45,935 bases of DNA from Rhodanobacteraceae bacterium (lineage in GTDB: Bacteria; Pseudomonadota; Gammaproteobacteria; Xanthomonadales; Rhodanobacteraceae): the NCBI GenBank assembly GCA_035545255.1, contig DASZYR010000165.1:1-45935 (forward strand), given 5' to 3'. Both the position numbers and the translations under genes were made by a program. Shown piece after piece: positions 28,309-37,414 of this stretch; position 1 is the first letter of the stretch, and the number at the start of each line of letters is the position of its first letter. The notes beneath the pieces are model-generated. The model was not told the DNA's origin. It ran no database searches and worked only from the letters and a program-made list of their open reading frames with translations.

Positions 28309-29465
28309 GCGAAGCCGCATCGAGCCGTCTCCCGCATTTCGCGGGCATCGACGTGCTGCGCGGGCTCGCGGTGCTCGCGGTCGTCGCGCATCACGTGCAC
28401 TTGCGCTTTCTCCTGAACCATTTCGACGTCGCGGCGCTGCTGCCGAAGCCGATCGCGCGCGTCGTGTTCTGGAGCGGCTATTACGGCGTGATCGTGTTCT
28501 TCGTGGTCTCGGGCTTCCTGATCGCGAACCTGTCCATGCGTCGCTGGTCCTCGCTGCCCTGCATCGAGCCACGGGCGTTCTACGTGTTGCGGTTCGCGCG
28601 CATCTTCCCGTGCCTGATCGCGCTGCTCGCGGTGCTCTCGATCCTGCATCTCGCGGGTTTTGCCGACTATGCGATCGATTCTGCGCGGGCGTCGCTGCCG
28701 CGCGCGATCGGCGCTGCGCTCGCGTTCCACTTCAACTGGCTCGAAGGAACACACGGCTACCTGCCGGGCTCGTGGGACGTGCTCTGGTCGCTCTCGATCG
28801 AGGAGGCGTTCTACTTCTTCTTTCCGCTCGTCTGCATCGCGCTACGCAACGAGCGCGTCATCATGCTCGCGCTGCTTGTCTTCATCGTCGTCGGACCGTT
28901 CAGCCGCGTCTTCGACGCCGCGAGCGAACCGTGGGACGAGTACGCGTACCTCTCGTGCATGGACGGCATCGCGTTCGGCTGCCTCGCGGCGATGTTTCAG
29001 GCGCGCCGCGCGATCTCTCGCCGCGCGCTGCGCATCGCATTAGCGGCAGGCCTTGCGATGATGCTGCTCGTGATCGCATTCCGGCCGGCGACGAATGCGC
29101 TTGGGCTCGTCTCGAACGGGCTCTACATCACCGTGCTCGAAGCGGGAACGGCGCTCGTTCTGCTCGCGATCGCGGGCGGCGCCGGAGAGCGCTGGAGCGC
29201 GCGCGGATTCTTCGCAGCGCTCGGCTTCGTCGGAAGGCGCAGCTACGAGATCTATCTCACGCACATGTTCGTCGTGTTCGCGGCAGTCGCCGCGTTCAAG
29301 GCGATGAACGCCGATCTCGCGCTCGTCGGGCTCTGGTACGCCGCAGCGGTCGCGATCAGCATCGCGCTCGGCGACGTCGTCGCGCGCGGCTTCTCGTTCC
29401 CGATGAATCGTGCGATTCGGCGAAGGTGGGCCGAAGCCCGCCCTATGGCGACCGGACTTGCATAG
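28305..29465 (+). CDS. Acyltransferase-3 (OafA-like) membrane protein
   Basis: IDVLRGLAV, FFVVSGFLI, RFARIFP, WSLSIEEAFY and SYEIYLTH motifs. Confidence 0.9.
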   Translation: MSEAASSRLPHFAGIDVLRGLAVLAVVAHHVHLRFLLNHFDVAALLPKPIARVVFWSGYYGVIVFFVVSGFLIANLSMRRWSSLPCIEPRAFYVLRFARIFPCLIALLAVLSILHLAGFADYAIDSARASLPRAIGAALAFHFNWLEGTHGYLPGSWDVLWSLSIEEAFYFFFPLVCIALRNERVIMLALLVFIVVGPFSRVFDAASEPWDEYAYLSCMDGIAFGCLAAMFQARRAISRRALRIALAAGLAMMLLVIAFRPATNALGLVSNGLYITVLEAGTALVLLAIAGGAGERWSARGFFAALGFVGRRSYEIYLTHMFVVFAAVAAFKAMNADLALVGLWYAAAVAISIALGDVVARGFSFPMNRAIRRRWAEARPMATGLA

Positions 29466-29492
29466 GGTCGGCTTCGGTCCACCGCCGGCCCA

Positions 29493-31490
29493 TCAGCCGA
29501 GCGCCCTCACCGCGTCGACGACGCGGTCGACCGTGAACCCGAAGTGCCTGAACAGCGCTTCGGCCGGCGCCGATGCGCCGAACGTGTCGATGCCGACGAC
29601 CGCGCCGTCGAGGCCCACGTACTTGCGCCAGTAATCGGTGACGCCCGCTTCGACCGCGACGCGCTTCCTGCACCAGCCCGGCAGCACGCTCTCGCGGTAT
29701 TCGAGCGGCTGCGCGTCGAACACGTTCGTGCATGGCATCGAGACGACGCGCACGGAGACGCCCTGATCGGCGAGCACGCGCATTGCCTGCATCGCGAGAT
29801 CGACTTCGGAACCCGTCGCGATGAGGATCGCGTCGAACTTCGTGCTGCCGGGATCGGCAAGCACGTAGCCGCCGCGCGCGATCTCGTCGACCTGCGCGTC
29901 GGTGCGATGCTGGTGCGCGAGGTTCTGGCGCGAGAACACGAGGCACGACGGTGCGTTCTTCCGCTCGATCGCGGCCTTCCACGAGACGGCCGATTCGACC
30001 GCGTCGCACGGACGCCAGACGTGATTGTTCGGTATGTAGCGCAGGCTCGCGAGATGCTCGACCGGCTGATGCGTCGGGCCGTCCTCGCCGAGGCCGATCG
30101 AATCGTGCGTGTAGACGTGGATCGCGTGCGCGGGGATCAGCGCCGACATGCGCACGGCGTTGCGCGCGTAGTCGGAGAACACGAGGAACGTCGCGTCGTA
30201 CGGAACGAAGCCGCCGTGCAGCGCGAGGCCGTTCGAGATCGCGCTCATGCCGAACTCGCGCACGCCGTAATAGACGTAATTCGCGTCGGCGACGTTCGTA
30301 TTGACGTCCTTCGAGCCTTTCCAGATCGTGAGGTTCGATCCCGCGAGGTCGGCCGATCCGCCGATCAGCTCGGGCAGCTTCGGACCGAACGCGTCGAGCG
30401 CCATCTGCGAGGCCTTGCGCGACGCGACCACCGGACCTTCCGCTTGCAGCTTCTTCGTGTACGCATCGGCATGCGCGGCGAAATCGTCCGGCAGCGCGCC
30501 TTGCATGCGACGCTCGAATTCGGCGGCGAGCTCCGGGTGCGCGTTGCGATAGCGCGCGACCAGCGCGTTCCACCCGGCTTCGCGCTCGGCGCCTTTCGCT
30601 TCGGCATTCCACGCGTCGTAGATCTCGTCCGGCACGACGAACGGCGGATGGTTCCAGCCGAGCCTCGCGCGCGCGGCGGCGACTTCGTCCTTGCCGAGCG
30701 CAGCACCGTGGCAGCTTTCCTTGCCCTCCTTGTTCGGCGCGCCGTAGCCGATGATCGTCTTCGCGCAGATCAGCGTCGGCTTCTTCGGATCGAGCGCGGC
30801 CGAGACGAGCGCGGCCTTGATCGCTTCCGGATTGTGGCCGTCGATGCCGCGCAGCACTTCCCAGCCGTACGCCTCGAAGCGCGCGGGCGTGTCGTCGGTG
30901 AACCAGCCGTGCACTTCGCCGTCGATCGAGATGCCGTTGTCGTCCCAGATCGCGACGAGCTTGCCGAGCCCGAGCGTGCCCGCGAGCGAAGCCGCTTCGT
31001 GCGAGATGCCTTCCATCAGGCAGCCGTCGCCCATGAAGACGTACGTCATGTGGTCGACGATCGGGAATCCTTCGCGGTTGAAACGCTCCGCGAGCACCTT
31101 CTCGGCGAGCGCCATGCCGACCGCGTTCGCAAGGCCCTGGCCGAGCGGACCGGTCGTCGTCTCGACACCCGGCGTCTCGCTCGCCTCGGGGTGCCCGGCC
31201 GTCCTCGAATGCAGTTGCCGGAAGCGCTTGATCTCTTCGATCGGGAGGTCGTAGCCGGTCAGATGCAGCAGCGCGTACTGCAGCATCGAGCCGTGGCCGT
31301 TCGACAGCACGAAGCGGTCGCGATTGGCCCATTTCGGATTGCGCGGGTTGTGGACGAGGAAATCGTTCCAGAGCACCTCGGCGATGTCGGCCATGCCCAT
31401 CGGCATGCCGGGATGACCGGAATTCGCGGCTTGCACTGCGTCCATGGCCAGCGCGCGGATCGCGTTGGCGAGTTCTTTACGGCTCGGCAT
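29493..31490 (-). CDS. tkt: Transketolase
   Basis: [17 protein letters not shown] and [15 protein letters not shown] motifs. Confidence 0.97.
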   Translation of the reverse strand: MPSRKELANAIRALAMDAVQAANSGHPGMPMGMADIAEVLWNDFLVHNPRNPKWANRDRFVLSNGHGSMLQYALLHLTGYDLPIEEIKRFRQLHSRTAGHPEASETPGVETTTGPLGQGLANAVGMALAEKVLAERFNREGFPIVDHMTYVFMGDGCLMEGISHEAASLAGTLGLGKLVAIWDDNGISIDGEVHGWFTDDTPARFEAYGWEVLRGIDGHNPEAIKAALVSAALDPKKPTLICAKTIIGYGAPNKEGKESCHGAALGKDEVAAARARLGWNHPPFVVPDEIYDAWNAEAKGAEREAGWNALVARYRNAHPELAAEFERRMQGALPDDFAAHADAYTKKLQAEGPVVASRKASQMALDAFGPKLPELIGGSADLAGSNLTIWKGSKDVNTNVADANYVYYGVREFGMSAISNGLALHGGFVPYDATFLVFSDYARNAVRMSALIPAHAIHVYTHDSIGLGEDGPTHQPVEHLASLRYIPNNHVWRPCDAVESAVSWKAAIERKNAPSCLVFSRQNLAHQHRTDAQVDEIARGGYVLADPGSTKFDAILIATGSEVDLAMQAMRVLADQGVSVRVVSMPCTNVFDAQPLEYRESVLPGWCRKRVAVEAGVTDYWRKYVGLDGAVVGIDTFGASAPAEALFRHFGFTVDRVVDAVRALG

Positions 31491-31588
31491 CGGTCTGGGG
31501 CTCGGATCCGGGATGCTCGCGCGCAGGACGCGTCGCGAGGGCCGCGATTGTCGCCGATGCGGGATCGCTTGTGGGCGCGAATCCGGCC

Positions 31589-31611
31589 ATGAACAAATTC
31601 TGAACTTGACA
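31589..31611 (+). promoter_or_regulatory. AT-rich promoter region of the OMP gene: TGAAC-N6-TGAAC repeat abutting TTGACA
   Basis: ATGAACAAATTCTGAAC is followed directly by TTGACA (31606-31611); no clear -10 element. Confidence 0.45.
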
Positions 31612-31752
31612 GTATTGAATTAAGGTCGATGAACCCTACCTGATACCCGTGGGCCGGACGCCGAACCCCTGCGGGAAGCTCGGGTCGAAGTCCGGCAACC
31701 CATGGAAGAGTTGCAGAAAACCCTTAATCCACAAGCAGTTGGAGTTCAACTC

Positions 31753-32334
31753 ATGAAAAATACGCTGTTCGCCATTGCCCTTGCTACCGCCGGCTTCGCC
31801 GCGATTCCCCTGACCAGCCACGCCGCCGAAAATCAGAGCGGTTTCTTCATCAACGGCAACGTGGGCCAGTCGAACCTGAGCAAGGGCGCCTACGACGACG
31901 ACGACACCGGATACGGCGCGAACTTCGGTTATCGCTGGGCCGTCGGCCCGAGCGTTCTGCTCGGCGTCGAGGGCGGATACGCCGACCTCGGCCAGTTCTC
32001 GACCAAGCGCAGCTACAACGGCCTCGGCATCCGCGACGCGGAGCTCTCCGGCTGGAACGCCGGCGTCAACGGCCACTTCAACATGACCGAAAACTGGTAC
32101 GTCAGCGGCCGCGCGGGCTTGTTCCGCGGCGACCTCAAGGGCGGCTATCTCGCCGGCGACGTGCCGGTCAACCTGAGCGACACGAGCAACAACTGGTACG
32201 CCGGCGCAGGATTCGGTTACGACTTCACGAACAACTTCAGCGTCGGCCTCAACTACGACTACTACAAGGCGGACAAGAGGAACCTCGACGTGAATCCGAG
32301 CCTCGTTTCGGTCAGCGCCGAAGCCCGCTTCTGA
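31753..32334 (+). CDS. Small outer-membrane beta-barrel (OmpA-like TM domain / porin family)
   Basis: Signal peptide, alternating amphipathic strands, C-terminal Phe (AEARF). Confidence 0.9.
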   Translation: MKNTLFAIALATAGFAAIPLTSHAAENQSGFFINGNVGQSNLSKGAYDDDDTGYGANFGYRWAVGPSVLLGVEGGYADLGQFSTKRSYNGLGIRDAELSGWNAGVNGHFNMTENWYVSGRAGLFRGDLKGGYLAGDVPVNLSDTSNNWYAGAGFGYDFTNNFSVGLNYDYYKADKRNLDVNPSLVSVSAEARF

Positions 32335-32396
32335 CGCGAGCGGCGCCAGCCGCGAACTTCTCCAACGAGGAGCCACACGGCAAGGATGCCGTCACC

Positions 32397-32426
32397 ACCC
32401 GGCCTGCGCGAGCAGGCCGGGTTTTT
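32397..32426 (+). terminator. Rho-independent terminator
   Basis: ACCCGGCCTGC-GCGA-GCAGGCCGGGT followed by TTTT. Confidence 0.85.
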
Positions 32427-32465
32427 CATGCGCGCGAAACGCGGTTGCGCGAAACGCTCCCCGCG

Positions 32466-35120
32466 TCAGCGCCACGGAGAAGCGTCGCGCCGCACTTTCG
32501 AACCCTCCGCGAACGCGGCATCGACGATCGGGACGGCCGGCCGGGCGACGGCCGCCGCTTCTTCGGAACGATGCGCGCGCGCCAGCGCGACGGCGTACGC
32601 GATCGCGCATTCGGCCGTCAGCGGATGCGACTCGCCCCACGCATCGCGCATGAGATCCCAGGCCTCCTTGCGTGCGGCGATCTCGGCGGTCGCATCGTGC
32701 CGCGCGGCGGCGATGTCGGCCGCGAGCGTCGCGCGCTGCGACTGCACCGACAGCGGCGCCTTCGACGATGCGATCGTCGCGAGCCGCGTCTCGGCGGCAT
32801 CGACGTCGCCCGCGCGCAGGCTCCACTCGTCGAGCCAGAGCTCGGCCTTCAGGGTATTCGTGTTTGCCGCGCCATAGCGCTTGCGGAATCCGTCGAGCGC
32901 GCGCTCGAGCAGCGGACGCGCCTCCTTCAGCGCGCCCGCCTTCGTCGACGCGCGACCCAGGTTGTAGACCGCGCGAAGCACCATCGGATCGTCTGCGCCG
33001 AGCGTCTTCTCGCGGATCGCGAGCGACTCGCGGAAGAGCGGCAATGCCGCGACGAGATCGCCCATGTCCTCGTGCGCGGATGCGATGTTGTTGAGCGGCT
33101 TGGCGACCTCGGCGCTCGCTTCGCCGAGCGTCGCCTTCTCGATGCGCAGCGCCTCGCGATAGTGTCCGATCGCCTCGCGGAAACGGCCGAGATCGTGCAG
33201 CACCGAGCCGAGCTCGTTGTGCGCCGACGCCGTGTTGTCGCTGTCGTCGCCGTAGAGCTCTCGCGCGAGCGCGAGGCTTTTCTCCAGCACCGGAACGGCT
33301 TCCGCGGCGCGATGCGCGTTGCCGAGGCTCGTGCCGTAGTTGGTCAGCGTGTGCTGGTACGCGGGGCTGTGCTCGCCGACCGACTTCCGGCGGATCGCCA
33401 GCGCCTCGCGGTAGTACGCGATCGACGCGTCGTTGTCGCCGCGGTTCGTCGCGACGAGACCGAGATTGTGCAGCGAGGCCGAGATGCTGTCGGGTCCGCC
33501 GCCGTTCGCGCGGCGCAGCGCGAGCGCCTTCTTCAGCGCGGCCTCGGCCTCGTCGTACTTGTCTTCGGATTCGAGCACGATGCCGAGCGAGTTGTACGCA
33601 TCCGCGATCGCGAGCGCATCGCCGCCGTTCGCTTCGCGCAGCGCGAGCGAGCGGCGCGCGGCCGCCTCGGCGTCGGCGCGCGGATAGCTTGCGTTCGCGT
33701 ACCCGACCGCGAGCTGGCTAAGCGTCTTCGCCGCCGCAAGCGGCTCGCCGACGCGCGGATCGAGATAGAGATCGATCGCCTCGCGGAAGAGATCGATGCT
33801 CCGCCCCGGCTCGCCGATGAAGCGATACGCCGTCGCGAGCGTATCGAGCAGTTTCGCCTTGACCTTCGGCTGATCGGCGAGTTCGCTCTGGATGCGTTTC
33901 GCGCCTTCGTCGAGGACTTCGCGAGCACTGACGTCGCGCCGGCCGTCAAGGCGCGGATTCGAGACGTTGAAGACCGAGACGAGGAAATCGCTGACGCGCT
34001 CGGCCGCGGCCGCCTGCACGCGCGCCTCGCGCTCGGCGGCGAATGCGCGATCGCGCTCGGCCGTGATGCGCCAGGTGAACGCCGCGATCATCGCCAGCGC
34101 GACGACGCCGGCCGCGAACAGCGGCCAGCGCCGGCGCAAGAGACGGCCGGTGCGATACGCGAGCGTCGGCGCGCGCGCGAAGACCGGCAGCATCGCGCGA
34201 TGGCGGCGAAGGTCCGCGGCGATCTCGTCGGCTGCGGCGTAACGCGCGGCCGGCGCCGCCGCGGTCGCGCGCAGCACGATCGCATCGATGTCGCCGGCGA
34301 TGCGCTTCTTCCACGGCACTTTCGCGGCGATCTCGCTCGGCTGCACGGCGGCGTCGCCGAGCAGCGCGATCGTGCGGTCGACCGTGTCGATGCGTGCCTT
34401 GCGCCCCGCTACGAGCTCGAACAGGATGAGCCCGAGCGAATAGACGTCGCTCGCGGTCGTCACGGTTTCGTTGCGAAGCTGCTCGGGGCTCGCATAGCCC
34501 GGGGTGAAATACGCGGATTCGATCTTGTCCTGCCTGCGCGGCCGATCGAGCGCGCGCGCGATGCCGAAATCGAGCAGCACCGGCGTGCCGTCGCTCTGCA
34601 CGAGCACGTTCGACGGCTTGAGATCGCAATGGACGATCAGGCGCTGGTGCGCGAACTGCACCGCGCTGCATACCTGTTCGAAAAGCCGAAGGCGCGCGTC
34701 GAGCGACAGCGCGCGATCGGCGCAGTACGCATCGATCGGATCGCCTTCGATGTATTCCATGACGAGAAACGGCTGGCCGCCCGGCGTCGCGCCGCCGTCG
34801 AGCAAGCGCGCGATGTTCGGGTGCTGCAGCGTCGCGAGGATCTGCCGCTCGCGCGTGAAGTGCGCGAGCATCTCGGGGTTCGGCCGTCCGCGGATCAGCT
34901 TGATCGCGGCACGCTGCTCGAAGTGCCCGTCCGCGCGCTCGGCAAGATAGACCGCACCCATGCCGCCCTGCGCGAGTTTCCTGACGAGTCGCCACGCGCC
35001 GAGGCGATCGCCTTCACCGAGCTCGGTCTCCGGCACGCCGACGCGCGATCGCAGCGCATCGGGCGCGCTGGCTTCGGTCGCCTCGCGAGCGAGCTCGGTT
35101 TCGGTCTTCGGTGTCGTCAT
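32466..35120 (-). CDS. Membrane Ser/Thr protein kinase with TPR array (non-RD, HCD)
   Basis: LAQGGMGAV, AAIK, HCDLKPSN, DFG and TPGYASPEQ motifs; TM helix; TPRs. Start MTTPKT is inferred. Confidence 0.92.
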   Translation of the reverse strand: MTTPKTETELAREATEASAPDALRSRVGVPETELGEGDRLGAWRLVRKLAQGGMGAVYLAERADGHFEQRAAIKLIRGRPNPEMLAHFTRERQILATLQHPNIARLLDGGATPGGQPFLVMEYIEGDPIDAYCADRALSLDARLRLFEQVCSAVQFAHQRLIVHCDLKPSNVLVQSDGTPVLLDFGIARALDRPRRQDKIESAYFTPGYASPEQLRNETVTTASDVYSLGLILFELVAGRKARIDTVDRTIALLGDAAVQPSEIAAKVPWKKRIAGDIDAIVLRATAAAPAARYAAADEIAADLRRHRAMLPVFARAPTLAYRTGRLLRRRWPLFAAGVVALAMIAAFTWRITAERDRAFAAEREARVQAAAAERVSDFLVSVFNVSNPRLDGRRDVSAREVLDEGAKRIQSELADQPKVKAKLLDTLATAYRFIGEPGRSIDLFREAIDLYLDPRVGEPLAAAKTLSQLAVGYANASYPRADAEAAARRSLALREANGGDALAIADAYNSLGIVLESEDKYDEAEAALKKALALRRANGGGPDSISASLHNLGLVATNRGDNDASIAYYREALAIRRKSVGEHSPAYQHTLTNYGTSLGNAHRAAEAVPVLEKSLALARELYGDDSDNTASAHNELGSVLHDLGRFREAIGHYREALRIEKATLGEASAEVAKPLNNIASAHEDMGDLVAALPLFRESLAIREKTLGADDPMVLRAVYNLGRASTKAGALKEARPLLERALDGFRKRYGAANTNTLKAELWLDEWSLRAGDVDAAETRLATIASSKAPLSVQSQRATLAADIAAARHDATAEIAARKEAWDLMRDAWGESHPLTAECAIAYAVALARAHRSEEAAAVARPAVPIVDAAFAEGSKVRRDASPWR

Positions 35121-35194
35121 CTCGGCCCGATTCGGCCTCTGCGGCGGCCCCTCCGGATCGGTAATCCTCTCCGATTTGCACTTTGTCGCATCGG

Positions 35195-37327
35195 TCAGTC
35201 GGCTGCAAGCGGCATCGGCGCGGCGACGCGGACCGGCGAGGCCGCATCGTGCCGAAGCACGAACGTCTCGAAGCCGCCGGAGAAGATCGCGTCCTTCCAT
35301 CCGCCGGAAAGCTCGAACGCAGATTCGGCCATGCGCGGTGCAGTCGCGGTGAAATCCGGCACGATTTCGAATTCATGGCGGCCGGCGCCGAGCGCGGGAT
35401 CGAGCAGCGCTTCCTGTTGCTGCCATCGCCGCGGCGGATTCGCCATCGCCGGCGGGAAGCGTCCGACGACGACGCCATCGACGAGAATATCGGCGGCCGG
35501 CGCACCGGCCGTCTGGCCGGGCGATCCGGCCGCGCCGTCGAACGTCCGGCGCAGGCGGAGCGGCGGCTCGGCATCGGCGACATCGAACACGAACCGGCTG
35601 GCACCGGCTGCGTACGCGCAGACGCTCGCGCTGCGCGTCGTCGGCGGCTCGTCTTCGAACGTTCCCTTTTCGCTCGTGCAGCTCGCGCCGGGCGGCGGCG
35701 CGTAGGCGTGCGCGTCGGCCGGCGCCGTTCCGACGTCGAAACGATCGTAGGCGACGACGCTCGCACGCGGTGCGCGATACGCGTGCACGATCGTGCGCGC
35801 GCACGTCGGCACCGGTTGCGACGGAGCGAATCCGGCCTCCTGCGTGAGGCGCAGCGAGCTCGCGTACGCGAGCGGATCGGCGAGCATCCAGCGGTACGCA
35901 TCCGTCTCGCCGGCGCCGTCGGCGTCGACGACGGTCGCTCCCGAGAGCGGCAGCGCGAATGTCGTGTCTTCGAAATAGAAGCCGCCGCCGAAGAAATCCT
36001 CGACGCCGGTTCCGTACCAGGCGGGCGTCGTTGCGCCGTCGACGTACGCCCGCTCGTCGCCTTCGAGATAGCCGCGGCCGACGACGCCGTTCGCGCGATA
36101 TCGCGAAGCGAGACCGACGATCTTGCCGGTGCCGTAATCGGCGTACAGTGCGATATCGCCGGAGGACACGCAGGTGTCCGATATCCCGGCCGCGTACGAA
36201 GCGGCCTGTGCCGGAACCGGCGAAGCATCGAAGAACAACGCGCTCTCGACGGTCGCCGGCGCGGCCAGCGTCGGCTCGGCGACGAGCGCGACACTCGCCG
36301 ATTGCCGGAACGGCATCGGCAGCCACGCATAGAGCCAGCTGCTCGCGTCCTCGCCGGCGAGGGCGCCGCGCGCGGCCGTTGCCGCATCGGCGGGCGTCGC
36401 GAAGAAATCGTCGAGCGGCACATCGGCCGACGTCGCCGCATCGAGCACGAGTCTCAGACGCACCGACGCGTAAGCCGAGCGCGGAAGACGCAGACGAATG
36501 CCGCGCAGCCATGCCGGACCCGATCGCGTCGCGAGATCGAGCGTCGCACCCGGCGCGATCGTCGATTCCGATTCGACCGGCGCGAGCAAGCCGTTCCACG
36601 GATCGTCGCCCGCGTGTTCGAGGAACGCGCGCCACGCGGGAAAATCATCGTCCGGCGCGAACGTCCTCACTGCGGCGCCGGGTGCGAGACGGTGATGCTG
36701 GATCTGGAACCAGACGAGACGCTCGCCGTTGCCGGTGCAGGGATTCGTGCCGCCGTCGTCGGCGCCGACGAGGGCGATGCGCAGGGCCTCCGCATAGGCG
36801 ATCGGAACGTTGCTGACGTATCCGCCGCTCGCGGCATCGCGATCGGCGACGAGCGGCGGCGTGAATGGCGGCGTCGAGCCGTCGAACAGCGATGCCAGCG
36901 GAATGTCGAGCGCGGGCGCTGCAGCGCCATCGAAGTAGAAACGCACGCGGATCGCGGGATCGATGCAGGTCGACGTGCCGAATCCCGTCGTCATCCAGAT
37001 GCGCGTCACCGCGCCGGGTCCACGCTCGTCGAACACGATCGCTTCCTCGCCGTCGCGGTACAGCCAGCGCAGCGGATATGGATTGCGTGCCGGATCCTCG
37101 GCGCCGGCGTTGCTGCGGTCGTAGCGGCAGCCGTCGAGGCAATGGCTCGAGCGTTCGAGCACGACGTCGGCGGGATCGATCGTCGCGAGCCGCGCCGGCG
37201 ATTCCCAGATTTCCCACGGCAACCCGTTCGCGCGCGCCGATGGCGGGGCGCAAAGCGCTGCACAGAGCAGCAAGGCTGCCTGCGGCTTCGGCCGGACGAT
37301 CGAAGACGATCTGCGTCGCGCCTGCAA
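35195..37327 (-). CDS. Secreted DUF2961 (GH172-like) protein with a C-terminal DAIFSGGFE motif
   Basis: Signal peptide; GPGAVTRIWMT, PMPFRQSA, LEGDERAYVDG and GTGVEDFFGGGFYF motifs. Start codon uncertain. Confidence 0.78.
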   Translation of the reverse strand: MQARRRSSSIVRPKPQAALLLCAALCAPPSARANGLPWEIWESPARLATIDPADVVLERSSHCLDGCRYDRSNAGAEDPARNPYPLRWLYRDGEEAIVFDERGPGAVTRIWMTTGFGTSTCIDPAIRVRFYFDGAAAPALDIPLASLFDGSTPPFTPPLVADRDAASGGYVSNVPIAYAEALRIALVGADDGGTNPCTGNGERLVWFQIQHHRLAPGAAVRTFAPDDDFPAWRAFLEHAGDDPWNGLLAPVESESTIAPGATLDLATRSGPAWLRGIRLRLPRSAYASVRLRLVLDAATSADVPLDDFFATPADAATAARGALAGEDASSWLYAWLPMPFRQSASVALVAEPTLAAPATVESALFFDASPVPAQAASYAAGISDTCVSSGDIALYADYGTGKIVGLASRYRANGVVGRGYLEGDERAYVDGATTPAWYGTGVEDFFGGGFYFEDTTFALPLSGATVVDADGAGETDAYRWMLADPLAYASSLRLTQEAGFAPSQPVPTCARTIVHAYRAPRASVVAYDRFDVGTAPADAHAYAPPPGASCTSEKGTFEDEPPTTRSASVCAYAAGASRFVFDVADAEPPLRLRRTFDGAAGSPGQTAGAPAADILVDGVVVGRFPPAMANPPRRWQQQEALLDPALGAGRHEFEIVPDFTATAPRMAESAFELSGGWKDAIFSGGFETFVLRHDAASPVRVAAPMPLAAD

Positions 37328-37414
37328 GGCTCCCCACCCGACGAATCGTGATCGGGCGGATTTTCCGCCTTTCGCAGGAACGGCGCACGCGAAAATCCGC
37401 TCGCGCGGCGGACG

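Noticed and set aside
31602-31630. SigmaE promoter GAACTT...TCGAT
   Set aside because: The spacer is 18 nt and the -10 match is weak.
32445-35705. Long antisense ORFs (also 13145-16009, 9387-11465, 29544-31592)
   Set aside because: These are antisense shadows of well-supported genes, typical of high-GC codon bias.
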